Shown: in pieces, positions 49,202-58,116 of the stretch
Numbering within the stretch: position 1 is the first letter of the stretch
Layout: each line of letters starts with the position of its first letter
Assembly: GCA_963835575.1 (NCBI GenBank)
Contig: CAWIGG010000002.1
Span: forward strand, 1,856,001-1,920,000
Source: an uncultured Spirochaetota bacterium
Lineage (GTDB): Bacteria > Spirochaetota > Brevinematia > Brevinematales > JAOACQ01
Length of the DNA: 64,000 nt
Direction of reading: 5' to 3'
Position numbers and translations under genes: made by a program
The notes under the pieces: generated by a model
What the model saw: the letters and a program-made list of their open reading frames with translations, nothing else
Databases searched by the model: none
Told to the model about the DNA's origin: nothing

Positions 49202-50254
49202 ATGGAAACAGGATTGATCGGCCTTCCTCTATCGGGGAAAACGACTATTTTTAATACATTGACGGGAAAGAACGCGTCGACTTCCGCTTTTTCCGGCGGG
49301 AAGAAAGAGATGAATATCGCGGAAATCGGCGTGCCGGACGCACGCGTGGACGAGCTTTCAAAGCTTTTCAAGCCGAAAAAGACAATCCATGCCGCGGTGA
49401 CGTTCAAGGACCTGCAGATCGAATTCAACGACCAGGGCGGCATCACTCCCTCTTCCATAGCCGACATCAGGAACCTGACCGCCATAGCCGTCATTATCCG
49501 GGCTTTTGTGAATGAATCCGTTCCCCACCCTTTTGAAAAGATCGACCCGGCTGCGGATTTGAAGAAGACCCTGGATTCCCTCATATACAGCGATTATGAG
49601 ATGATCGAAAAGAGAAAGCAGAGGCTGGACAAGGAAGGAAAAAAGACTACAAGAGAATACACCCTCCTGGACTCTATGAGCGAAAAGCTCCTCTCCGGCT
49701 CGCTTCTCGGGAAGGATTATTTAACGGATGAGGATTTAAAACTCTTCGCCGGATTCAGCTTTATTACAACCAAGCCCATCATAGCAGTCGCCAACCTGGG
49801 TGAAAAAAGCGCCGACATGGCGGGACTTGAGAAAATGATCGCCGAATATCAGATAACGCTCTTCCCGCTCCGCGGCGACCTGGAAATGGAAATATCCCAG
49901 CTGGCCAAAGAGGACCAGAAGGACTTTCTGGCAGACATCGGAATGACCGAACCGGCGATGTACAGATTCCTTCAATACATTTATAAGACATTGAACCTGA
50001 TCTCCTTCCTCACTGTCGGCGAGGACGAAGTGAGGGCATGGAGCATACAGAACGGCTTTAACGCCCAGAAAGCCGCCGGCAGGATCCATACGGACCTTGA
50101 GCGCGGGTTCATCCGGGCGGAAGTGGTGACTTACGGGGACCTCATGCAGGCGGGAAGCCTGGCAGAAGCCAAAAAGACCGGTAAGCTCCGGCTGGAGGGA
50201 AAGGAATACATCGTCAAGGATGGAGATGTGATGAATATCCTTTTCAATGTTTAA
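49202..50254 (+). CDS. ychF: YchF-like ATPase/GTPase
   Basis: GLPLSGKTT, VPD.R, FLTVGEDEVRAW, AAG.IHTDLERGFIRAEV, EGKEYIVKDGD. Confidence 0.88.
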   Translation: METGLIGLPLSGKTTIFNTLTGKNASTSAFSGGKKEMNIAEIGVPDARVDELSKLFKPKKTIHAAVTFKDLQIEFNDQGGITPSSIADIRNLTAIAVIIRAFVNESVPHPFEKIDPAADLKKTLDSLIYSDYEMIEKRKQRLDKEGKKTTREYTLLDSMSEKLLSGSLLGKDYLTDEDLKLFAGFSFITTKPIIAVANLGEKSADMAGLEKMIAEYQITLFPLRGDLEMEISQLAKEDQKDFLADIGMTEPAMYRFLQYIYKTLNLISFLTVGEDEVRAWSIQNGFNAQKAAGRIHTDLERGFIRAEVVTYGDLMQAGSLAEAKKTGKLRLEGKEYIVKDGDVMNILFNV

Positions 50255-50590
50255 ATGATTTCCTTACGGTATTCAATCCGTTTTTTGAAATTTTTTGAGT
50301 TTTTTATCGAAGCGGCGTAATATATATCTTCCGTTTTTTTTACAATGGGATCTGCATTTTAACGGGCAAATAATCGATCAGCTTCTGAGAAACCGGCACT
50401 GAATGAATTCCCCCGTCACACAGCATTTCAGGCTGCCTGATCCGAAGAATGATTTTTATCCGGCCTTGTTCCATGGCTATTGTCAAAATGCAAAATACAG
50501 TCAAAGCCTTATTGGAAAATTAACCGTCTTAAAATACGGATTTAACATTATGAATCAATAATTTCTGTTTAGAAAATACAAGGGGGTATT

Positions 50591-52234
50591 ATGAAAAAGA
50601 AAATCCTTCTCATGCCGCTTGTGGTGGCAGCGGCGATGACTCTGCTGCGGTGTTCCGTTTCATTAACCGGTCCGGACGCAGGAAACAGTTTAAAAAATCC
50701 GCACAGGCTCGGGGCCGTGCCGGACAGTCCCGCGCTTCTGGAGAAAAAGCTCGTCACAAAATCGGAGATGTACTCCGTCCTTTTTCCGCAGACAAGAGCG
50801 GAACTGCCGGCAGCCGTCGATCAGACAGCCTCGATCCCGCCTGTCGGCGACCAGGGCTCTCAAAATTCCTGCGTGGCATGGGCCACGGCGTATTACACAA
50901 AGACTTTCCAGGAAAAGATGGAGGAAAAATGGGATATCACCCTTTCCTGCCACCAATTTTCCCCTTCCTGGGTTTATAACCAGCTGGACGGCGGCGGGGA
51001 TAACGGCATTTCTCCCGCGGCGGCCTTTGACCTCCTGATCGAAAACGGCTGCGACACGCTCGATCATTTTCCCTATAATCAATATGACTGTACGACCCAG
51101 CCGGACAGCGCCTCGTTTCAGAGAGCCCAGGGCTTTTACGCCGCCGCATGGTTCACTCTGCCGGAGGATATCAATATGATCAAACAGTATCTGGCGCAGA
51201 ACAAAGTCGTCATCGGCGTCATTTCCATCAAGCCGGATTTCGACGCCATCAGCCCTTCGAACAAAATCTATGATGACTTTACAGGGGATACAAGAGGCTT
51301 TCATGCCGTCTGTATCATCGGCTATGACGACAGCATCCAGGCGCTGAAATTCGTCAACTCCTGGGGAAGCGAATGGGGGACCTGGAAAGACGACGCCGAC
51401 ACTTCCAAGGGGAAAGGCTACGGCTGGCTGTCCTACAGCCTGATCAATCCCGTCCACCCCGAGCTATTCTCATCCTACATCCTCGTGGATACCAATAATT
51501 ACCAGGTCAAAGCGCCCGGTTTTTCGCCTTCCGGAGGCGCCTACACAACCCCTCAGACCGTCACCATCGCATGCGATACGACGGGGGCTTCGATCCGTTT
51601 CACAACAAACGGCCAGAATCCATCGCCCAATTACGGAATCCTTTATAACGGTCCTATCACGGTCAGCTCCTCTGTGACAATAAAAACCATTGCCACTAAA
51701 GCGGGGTTTACAGACAGCGGAATTGCATCCGCCGGCTATTCAATCCTGTCTCCGGTAAAAATCCTGTTCTATAATGAAGACCGGTCGGTAAATATGAACG
51801 CGCTCTATCTTGATTTTATTGTATCCAACACAAGCGGCGCCGTTATCGACCTGTCAAAATTGAAATTACGGTATTACTATACTAAGGATTTTGCGGCCGG
51901 CCAGAGCTTTTACTGCGATTATTCCGGCAGCTACTGCACGCCGCTCAACACATTCTACCGGCTGGAATCCAATGTCACAGCCGCCTGCATTGCCATGCCG
52001 AATCCCGTCAGCCTGGCGGACACTTATGCGGAAATCGGCTTTAGTTCCGGGACGGGAACGCTTTACACCGGCGACGCTGTGGAAGTCAAAGGCCGCATTT
52101 TAAATTCCCTGTGGGGATTCTACACACAAACCAATGATTATTCCTTCAATCCGACGGCCGCCTGTAATACGGATTGGAACAATGTAACCGGTTATCTTGA
52201 CGGAACTCCGGTGTGGGGCATCGAGCCTAAATAA
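50591..52234 (+). CDS. exported C1 (papain-like) cysteine protease + Fn3/chitobiase-like + CBM3
   Basis: DQGSQNSCVAWA, HAVCIIGYDD, NSWG; FSPSGGAYT..Q.V...T.GA.IRFTT.G; LKLRYYYT.D, ADTYAEIGF, QTNDYSF, VWGIEP. Confidence 0.88.
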   Translation: MKKKILLMPLVVAAAMTLLRCSVSLTGPDAGNSLKNPHRLGAVPDSPALLEKKLVTKSEMYSVLFPQTRAELPAAVDQTASIPPVGDQGSQNSCVAWATAYYTKTFQEKMEEKWDITLSCHQFSPSWVYNQLDGGGDNGISPAAAFDLLIENGCDTLDHFPYNQYDCTTQPDSASFQRAQGFYAAAWFTLPEDINMIKQYLAQNKVVIGVISIKPDFDAISPSNKIYDDFTGDTRGFHAVCIIGYDDSIQALKFVNSWGSEWGTWKDDADTSKGKGYGWLSYSLINPVHPELFSSYILVDTNNYQVKAPGFSPSGGAYTTPQTVTIACDTTGASIRFTTNGQNPSPNYGILYNGPITVSSSVTIKTIATKAGFTDSGIASAGYSILSPVKILFYNEDRSVNMNALYLDFIVSNTSGAVIDLSKLKLRYYYTKDFAAGQSFYCDYSGSYCTPLNTFYRLESNVTAACIAMPNPVSLADTYAEIGFSSGTGTLYTGDAVEVKGRILNSLWGFYTQTNDYSFNPTAACNTDWNNVTGYLDGTPVWGIEPK

Positions 52235-52429
52235 TCAAAAAGAAAAATAAATCGTCTTCAAGGTGCAGTGAACGCAAAGACTTTTTGAACCAATCCATCT
52301 GTTCTTTGCGTCTCTGCGCCTTGATTTTTTTTGTGCCTGCCATATTTTGTTCCGGGAACCGATGCCTTTCTTACTCATTGACAATATTCCTGCAAATGAC
52401 TAATTTTATTTAAAAAAAGGAGTGTTTTT

Positions 52430-53377
52430 ATGATTATTTCCCTTGTTCCGCAAAACCTGCTGACAAAAGAACAGCTGGGTCTTTTTGAAAAAGAAACGGG
52501 CGAAAGCATACTCTCTTTTGCCGATCTCAATGAAGCCTTAAAATTTCTGCCGGAAGCGGATATCCTTATCGTTTTCGGGAGGATTGATAAAGAAGCCTTG
52601 AAAATCTGCTCTAAATTAAAATGGCTCTTCAGCGTCAGCGCCGGAGTGGAACACCTGCCTTTTACCGAATTGAAGGAAAAAGGCGTGATTGTCACCAATA
52701 CCAGGGGCATCCATGGCGAGCAGATTTCCGAGCATGTTTTCGGTATGGTCCTTTCCTTTTCACGTCAGCTTATGCTGAGCCGGAAAAACCAGCTTCAGAA
52801 AAAATGGGCCCAGCTTCTTCCCGTCGACGAACTGCCGGGGAAGACTCTCTGTATTATCGGGGCCGGCAGCATCGGCAGTGAAATCGCCAGGAAGGCAAAG
52901 GCTTTCGATATGCATGTCATTGGACTGAAAAAACATCCTGAAGCCATGGAGTATTTTGACGATGTTTTTGGGATTGAAAAGCTTCATGATGTCCTCGGCC
53001 TTGCCGACTACGCTGTTCTCATCACTCCGCTGACGGATGAGACCTATCATATCATGGGCGCTGAGGAATTTAAAGCCATGAAAAGAACCGGCGTCTTCAT
53101 TAATATGTCCCGCGGCGATACCGTTGACGAAGCGTCTCTTATCGACGCGCTCAGGAACGGCATTATAGCCGGCGCCGGCCTGGATGTGTTTCATACCGAG
53201 CCGCTTCCCCCGGAAAGCCCGTTGTGGGAAATGGAAAACGTGATCATCACGCCGCATAATTCCGGGGTCAGCCCGCATTATTTTGAGAAGACATTGAAAG
53301 TATTCAGAGAAAGTCTCGCACTGTACCGGCAGGGAAAAGAGCTTCCCAACCGGATCGATCTTGAGAGAAAATATTAA
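52430..53377 (+). CDS. D-2-hydroxyacid dehydrogenase
   Basis: SAGV, IIGAGSIG, INMSRG, LDVF..EPLP, ITPHNSG. Confidence 0.93.
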   Translation: MIISLVPQNLLTKEQLGLFEKETGESILSFADLNEALKFLPEADILIVFGRIDKEALKICSKLKWLFSVSAGVEHLPFTELKEKGVIVTNTRGIHGEQISEHVFGMVLSFSRQLMLSRKNQLQKKWAQLLPVDELPGKTLCIIGAGSIGSEIARKAKAFDMHVIGLKKHPEAMEYFDDVFGIEKLHDVLGLADYAVLITPLTDETYHIMGAEEFKAMKRTGVFINMSRGDTVDEASLIDALRNGIIAGAGLDVFHTEPLPPESPLWEMENVIITPHNSGVSPHYFEKTLKVFRESLALYRQGKELPNRIDLERKY

Positions 53378-53462
53378 GATGCCTCTTGACTTTTCCCCAG
53401 CAGTGATTATTTTTGATTTAAGAGAGAAAGTTTACTTATAAGTAATTAATACGGAGGTTTAT

Positions 53463-54347
53463 ATGATCAACAAAAAAGGCAAAGCTATATTGGTTACAGG
53501 GGCCACCGGCCATCAGGGCGGCGCCGTAGTCAGCAGTCTGATCAAATCCGGCTGGGAAGTTTACGCGCTTTCCCGCGGGCATCTTGAGGCCCCAATGAGA
53601 TCTTTAAGGGAACGCGGAGCGCGGATTGTCATCGGCGATATGGAGGACAAAGCCGTACTGGAAAACGCCATGAAAGAAATGTACGGGGTTTTTGCAGTCA
53701 CTTCATTCATGGAAAAAGGGATTGAAACCGAAAAAATTCAGGGCAAAAATCTCGCCGGTGCCGCGAAAAAATCCGGCGTTAAGCATTTCATATTCAGTTC
53801 CGTCGGATCGGCGGACAGGAATACGGGCATACCGTATTTTGAAAGCAAGCGGGAGATCGAGCTTTATATCAAAGCTCTCGGGCTCCCCGCGACGATTTTC
53901 AGACCGGTCACATTTATGATCAATTATGAGAGGCCTGAAATGCGGGACTCAATTTTGAACGGAGTTTTCAGGACCCCGAATCCGCCCGATAAAAAAATCC
54001 AGCTCATAGCGCTGGAAGACCTGGGAGATTTTGTCAGCCTGGCCTTTGAAAATCCCGGTGAATACATCGGAATGGAGATCGATCTTGCCGGCGATGAACT
54101 GACCATGACGGAGATTACCGGCGCTTTCTCGAAGGTCCTGGGACAGAATATTCGTTATGAGCAGATACCTCTTGAAGAAATCAGAAAACAGAATGAAATG
54201 ATGTATCTATCTGCCAGATGGGGAATTGAATCCGGACATAAAGCCGATATCGGGGCCCTCAGAAAACTGTATCCGAAGCTGACAAAATTCGAAGACTGGC
54301 TGCACAGGCACAACTGGAGCAAGATGAGGATTATCAAGGCGGCATAG
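53463..54347 (+). CDS. NmrA/HSCARG-family protein
   Basis: VTGATGHQGGAV, AAKKSGVKHFIFSSV, FESK. Confidence 0.92.
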   Translation: MINKKGKAILVTGATGHQGGAVVSSLIKSGWEVYALSRGHLEAPMRSLRERGARIVIGDMEDKAVLENAMKEMYGVFAVTSFMEKGIETEKIQGKNLAGAAKKSGVKHFIFSSVGSADRNTGIPYFESKREIELYIKALGLPATIFRPVTFMINYERPEMRDSILNGVFRTPNPPDKKIQLIALEDLGDFVSLAFENPGEYIGMEIDLAGDELTMTEITGAFSKVLGQNIRYEQIPLEEIRKQNEMMYLSARWGIESGHKADIGALRKLYPKLTKFEDWLHRHNWSKMRIIKAA

Positions 54348-54380
54348 AAAATCCGGAATTACATAAAAGAGAATTTGATC

Positions 54381-54417
54381 AAAGCCTGCTTTTCTGAAAG
54401 AAAAGCAGGCTTTTTTT
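54381..54417 (+). terminator. intrinsic terminator
   Basis: AAAGCCTGCTTTTC...GAAAAGCAGGCTTTTTTT. Confidence 0.85.
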
Positions 54418-54676
54418 ATATTAAACAGTTCCTTTTCAATAATGAAAAAAAAACTGTAAAAAATCATTTTGGACTTTATTTAAATATTTTTTAAGAGTTT
54501 TATTGATTTATTGATTGTTTTAATTTATTGTATATTAACAAATAATAAAATATTTGCATTTTCCGGCTGTTTCTGGACTATTATAATCAGAACAAAAGTT
54601 TTGCGCGGGGGCTATACGGACTGGGCCCGTCCGGACCGCGCGGAATGGACCATTTAATAATAGGAGGTATTCCAGA

Positions 54677-55945
54677 ATGAAAGGAAAATATTTAATCACC
54701 ATTCTTTCGGCGGGAATAATAATCGGCCTTACCGGATGCAGTCTGATGCCGAACCCGGTCAATCCCGGATCTTCACCATCCAGTTCTTCATCAAATAGTT
54801 CCAGCAGCGTTTCGAGCAGTATTCCTTCTTCCGGTTCTGCTTCAAGTTCCAGTGCTTCTTCATCTTCGGTAATTCAATATACTATTACTGCAGGCACCCT
54901 TGGCAACGGATCCATAAACCCTTCAGGCAGTGTGAAAGTAAATTCCGGAACAAATCAGGAATTTTTTATGACACCCGACACAGAGTATCAGGTGGACACA
55001 GTATGGGTTGATGGTATAAACCAGGGCTCGGTAACTAATTATACATTTACTAACGTCCAGACAAACCATACCATAACTGTCATATTTAAGATTCTGCAAT
55101 ATACGATCACAGTAAGCACCGGACCAAACGGCACGATTAATCCTTCCACCAATGTGTCTTTAAATTACGGGGCAAACCAGGGTTTTACCATAACACCCGG
55201 CGCCGGGTATCAGGTGGACACGGTATTGGTCGACGGAGTAAACCAGGGTTCCTTAACTTCTTATGCGTTTACTAACGTTCAAACAAACCATACCATTAGT
55301 GCATCATTTAAGCCGCTCCAATTTACGATCACATCAAGCGCCGGGGCCAACGGTTCAATAAACCTTTCCGGCAAAGTGCCGGTTAATTACGGAGCGAATC
55401 AAAGCTTTACAATATCGCCATACACCGGGTATCATATATCCATGGTATTGGTCGACGGAGCTAACCAGGGCGCTGTTTCATCCTATACCTTTTATAATGT
55501 ACTGACAAATCATACCATAACAGCGACATTCGCGGCAAATACCTATAATATACTCGTCACTAATACTGTTACGGCAAGCAGCGGAAGTTATTATCTTGTA
55601 GGAGTTATCAATGAAACCGGCACAGTAAACAGTAAATGGGCGACTGTTACGGAGAATAGCGGCTCTCCTATTAATAACAACCCTACTGTAAGCGTATTAT
55701 TCGCAAATGTAACTGCAAGCGATACTATTACCGTTGCCAGTTCTGCTAATATTACAATTATTTCCCAATATATATCAAATCCTTATCCAACAACAAATAC
55801 CAGCGATTATAGTTGCTCTGCGACAATTTCATTATCCGATTTCCTGGCCAATCCTTCCGGATATGTAAATGTAACTTACAGCTATCCGGGAGGATCAAAT
55901 AATCCATTTACATTATACGGCACATACAGCATAATTCTGCAATAA
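54677..55945 (+). CDS. surface lipoprotein with three ~75-aa repeat (InlB B-repeat/Ig-like) domains
   Basis: Lipobox LTGC, Ser-rich linker, YTIT...G.NG.I.PS...GY....V.VDG.NQG....YTF.NV..NHTI x3. Confidence 0.82.
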   Translation: MKGKYLITILSAGIIIGLTGCSLMPNPVNPGSSPSSSSSNSSSSVSSSIPSSGSASSSSASSSSVIQYTITAGTLGNGSINPSGSVKVNSGTNQEFFMTPDTEYQVDTVWVDGINQGSVTNYTFTNVQTNHTITVIFKILQYTITVSTGPNGTINPSTNVSLNYGANQGFTITPGAGYQVDTVLVDGVNQGSLTSYAFTNVQTNHTISASFKPLQFTITSSAGANGSINLSGKVPVNYGANQSFTISPYTGYHISMVLVDGANQGAVSSYTFYNVLTNHTITATFAANTYNILVTNTVTASSGSYYLVGVINETGTVNSKWATVTENSGSPINNNPTVSVLFANVTASDTITVASSANITIISQYISNPYPTTNTSDYSCSATISLSDFLANPSGYVNVTYSYPGGSNNPFTLYGTYSIILQ

Positions 55946-55968
55946 AAACATTTGATAAAAACACAGTT

Positions 55969-56040
55969 GGCTGCCCCGTCCCTCACCATTTTGTTTACAG
56001 ATAACTGAGGCCTGACAAAATGGTGAGGGACGGGGCAGCC
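55969..56040. repeat. family B palindrome (26-bp arms), probably also a terminator
   Basis: GGCTGCCCCGTCCCTCACCATTTTGT / ACAAAATGGTGAGGGACGGGGCAGCC followed by T-run. Confidence 0.85.
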
Positions 56041-56147
56041 TTTTTCATGACAATAATTTAATCATAAAATTGTTCTTTAATTACTTGCTTTTAAACAAAA
56101 TACTGAATATGCTATAATACTAAAAAATAACCAGAGGCTTCCGGGCT

Positions 56148-57518
56148 ATGGCTAGCGGAAAAAAGAGCTTTTTGAAGTTCATGAGAATTTCTGCATCAGG
56201 CCTGTTCATCATGTTTTTTGTCTTCACATTCTTTTTTCCCGTCCGCGGCAATTCCGATCAGACAAGAAGCACCGCTGTAATTGGCTTTATTAACAGCGTT
56301 TCCTCCGATAACGAAACAGGCGTCTTATTGACGCGCTCTTTCATTTCTTTCTTTTCCAGGCTTCCGGGCTCTAAAATCATTCCATACGATGTGTCGGACA
56401 AATCGGCTGAAGACAACGGTTTTTTTATCAATAAAAATCTGGATCCCGGGCTGGCGGTCCAGATAGGCCAGAAGCTCGGCTGCCGCCAGGTGGTTTTCGG
56501 AAGCTATAAAACGGACGAATCCCGGATGACGATTGAAGTTGATGTTTTCGCTTATGATACGGCAAGCGACGAAATTCTTTTTAAAAGGCATTACAGGGGA
56601 AAAACAGGCACCGCTCTTCTGGACACAATCGATGCCATCCGGAAAGATGCCGCGGGGATCCTCTCCGGACGGGAAATGACAATTGTCGAGCTGAAGATCA
56701 CCGTAACCAACACGGCGCAATCGTATAATGTTCTTTTGGGCGGCAATCCCGATGGGACCGCCGCGCCGTTATATAAAAGAGAACTGCCCGCGGGCTCGCC
56801 TTTCGATCTTTCTCTGAAGAGAACTGCCGATGGGCTGGAAGTATTCCGGACCAATATCGTCCTGACCAGGGGAAAAGACTCATCGATCATTTACTATCCG
56901 ACAGCGCCTGTTCTCATTCAGTCTTCGGTCTATCCAGTTGAAATCCGCCGAGACGGCCTAAAGACCGGCATCATAACGACAAATGAAACTTTCAGCCTTT
57001 CCGGCCTTCCGTCTGGATTGACCTACAACTTCTATCTGCAGAATGATACAATGCAGAGCCTCAGCAGGAATGTCAGCCTTTCGGAAGGAAAACCCTCCGT
57101 TTTAAACTTTGATGAAAGGGATTTTCATCCGCGCGTCATTTACCGCGGCCTAACTCCCGCCTGGGACCTTCTTCTTCCGGGATCAGTCCAGCTGCAGGCG
57201 CGTGACTATTGGGCTTCTCTCCTCTTCGGCGGATTATGGGCGGTTGATATTGGAATTCTGGGCGTATCCCTTCTTGGTTATTTTCAAGCCGACGATATAA
57301 TCAGGAATGACCCGCGTCTTTATTACAGGGACCAGGTGAAGCCGTACCGCGATTTTTATATGTATGCCTCGATCATCAGCGGCGGGGTATGGCTTGTAAT
57401 CTCCGCCGGAAGCTGGCTTCATGCGGAAGGCATGAAAACGGATCAGGAAAAAGAAAAAGGAACCGGGCTTAATATCATACCGGCTGACGGCGGTTTAGCG
57501 TTTTATTGGAATTTTTAA
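56148..57518 (+). CDS. exported hypothetical protein (TolB-N/CsgG-like N-terminus, C-terminal TMs)
   Basis: AVIGF.N, A..IG.KLG...VVFGSY; C-terminal LLPG..QL and TM helices. Confidence 0.6.
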   Translation: MASGKKSFLKFMRISASGLFIMFFVFTFFFPVRGNSDQTRSTAVIGFINSVSSDNETGVLLTRSFISFFSRLPGSKIIPYDVSDKSAEDNGFFINKNLDPGLAVQIGQKLGCRQVVFGSYKTDESRMTIEVDVFAYDTASDEILFKRHYRGKTGTALLDTIDAIRKDAAGILSGREMTIVELKITVTNTAQSYNVLLGGNPDGTAAPLYKRELPAGSPFDLSLKRTADGLEVFRTNIVLTRGKDSSIIYYPTAPVLIQSSVYPVEIRRDGLKTGIITTNETFSLSGLPSGLTYNFYLQNDTMQSLSRNVSLSEGKPSVLNFDERDFHPRVIYRGLTPAWDLLLPGSVQLQARDYWASLLFGGLWAVDIGILGVSLLGYFQADDIIRNDPRLYYRDQVKPYRDFYMYASIISGGVWLVISAGSWLHAEGMKTDQEKEKGTGLNIIPADGGLAFYWNF

Positions 57519-57540
57519 CTCTCATAAATCCGGAGTCTTT

Positions 57541-58116
57541 ATGTCCTATGAAGAATGCAGCGACGAAGAACTGATGAAAATGTTTCAGCTCTCCGCCGCG
57601 GACAATATTAATGAACCCAATGAGGCCGAACTTTATTTCAAGGAACTCTTCCGGAGGTATTATTCGAGCGCTTACAGCTTTTGTCTCCATTACGGCCTGC
57701 GGCATAATGACGCTCTTGAGACCATTCAGGAAGCTTTCATCAATATATTCAGATATTCATCCAGCTATCAGGCCGGCAGGACTTTCAAGCCCTGGTTCTT
57801 TAAAATTCTCTACAACAATGTCAACCATAAATTCCGGGAATTAAAGAATTTCCTTCATGAAGACAGTGATGAACAGGCCGAATCCCTGGGCAAGGAAAGC
57901 AGTGAAATAAAATTGTTGCACGATCGGGAGGTCTTAAACACTATTATATATAGACTGCCAAAGCATCTTAAAGAATGCCTGCTTTTGTATATTTACCAGG
58001 AAATGGATTTTAATTCGATCGGCAAAACCATCGGCATCAGTCCGAGGCTTGCAAGAAACCGGGTCGATGAGGCTGTACGGGAACTAAAGCGTCTGGCAGG
58101 AGAAAATGATGTCTAA
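57541..58116 (+). CDS. ECF RNA polymerase sigma factor
   Basis: SDEELM, F.EL..RY, QEAF, FKPW...I..N, region 4 helix-turn-helix. Confidence 0.88.
   Translation: MSYEECSDEELMKMFQLSAADNINEPNEAELYFKELFRRYYSSAYSFCLHYGLRHNDALETIQEAFINIFRYSSSYQAGRTFKPWFFKILYNNVNHKFRELKNFLHEDSDEQAESLGKESSEIKLLHDREVLNTIIYRLPKHLKECLLLYIYQEMDFNSIGKTIGISPRLARNRVDEAVRELKRLAGENDV

Noticed and set aside
50364..50440. possible c-di-GMP-I riboswitch (GGCAAA...CTGCC)
   Set aside because: Lacks the GNRA-capped P2 and GACGCAAA core; no convincing fold by eye.
54877..55545. three ~225-bp repeats as CRISPR or DGR template/variable repeats
   Set aside because: In-frame protein domain repeats; no spacers, no reverse transcriptase and no adenine-specific mismatch pattern.
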